Below are positions 63,231 to 64,000 of a stretch of 64,000 nt of DNA, in pieces. The stretch is taken from contig NC_068983.1 of assembly GCF_001194135.2 (NCBI RefSeq), positions 14,367,701 to 14,431,700 of the forward strand, given 5' to 3'. The notes under the pieces were generated by a model. The model worked only from the letters and a program-made list of their open reading frames with translations, did not search any database and was not told the DNA's origin. Each line of letters begins with the position of its first letter. The first letter of the stretch is position 1. The stretch is from Octopus bimaculoides. Lineage: Eukaryota. Made by a program: the position numbers and the translations under genes.

Positions 63231-63853
63231 TATAATCTATAGATTAGACATATAGTTAATAGCTGCAATGGGGGATTAGGCCTATGGTCAATAGCAGATT
63301 AGAGAAATAATCAGATCTGATTATTGTGATCTGATCTATGGTTAAATAGTGATTTGTCTTATGACTAACGAGTGATTAAATATATGATCAGATGGCCACT
63401 AAAATTATGGCCAATGGTCGATTAGGTCAATGATCAATAGGTAATATAAACTTTTGATTAAAAAGCGAGTGTAGATTTATGAACAATGGGTGATGAAACA
63501 TATATTCAATGAGTGATTAAATATTGATCTATGATTGAATAATGATATGATCAGTGATCAACGAAAGAGAAAAGTTAACCTGTGATCAGAATGAAAATAA
63601 TCTATGGCATTCCATGTTTGATCCTTTGTATTTTCGTATATTACCCAATATAGCAGGTCGATATGCGGCTTGGAGACATACTCCTTAGCTTGTGCTTATA
63701 TTGTTCATTCCCTTTCGTGCAAACATATGATTTAATCTTTTCTTTGTTTTGCACAATGTATTTAGAACAACTTCTATGTTTGTCTCCACGACGACAAACG
63801 GATATTATTGACTTTTTGCACAAGTAACTGTGTATCAAGTGAAACGTTTTCAT

Positions 63854-64000
63854 AGCATTTTGGTGTGCTAACGATTGTCCTAGCTCGCTGCATCCTGCGC
63901 AATAATAATAATTGATTCAAATTTTTGCATGAGACCAGCAATTTTGGAAGAGGGGTAAGTCGACTAATCGATGCCAGTATTCGAATGGTACTTATTTTAG
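63854..64000 (-). repeat. Perfect inverted copy of 62848-62994 (continues past the window end)
   Basis: 147/147 identity by manual reverse-complement comparison. Confidence 0.95.

Overview
AT-rich, gap-riddled eukaryotic DNA dominated by microsatellites and transposon relics. The SINE families and repeat make-up suggest an octopus/coleoid cephalopod short-read assembly (inference). No host gene could be identified with confidence, and almost all ORF-track hits are artefacts of microsatellites or N-runs. Supported content: (i) about 20 tRNA-derived SINE copies from 5 families, several with exact target-site duplications (TSDs); (ii) two mariner relics of about 1.4 kb with both TIRs, each carrying an ~200-bp insert that matches DNA just outside the element; (iii) Penelope-like element (PLE) RT and GIY-YIG fragments; (iv) a 1.9-kb HERO-like (R2 superfamily, REL endonuclease) LINE 3' portion and a CR1-clade LINE 3' end; (v) two 165-bp solo LTRs with 5-bp TSDs; (vi) short repeats carrying minimal hammerhead-ribozyme (HHR) folds, one with a canonical core and one family with a U at the near-invariant A6; (vii) MITE-like hairpins, an old ~370-bp inverted duplication and a perfect 147-bp inverted duplication running off the window end. 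All alignments, identities and translations were done by eye; no database search or folding program was run.
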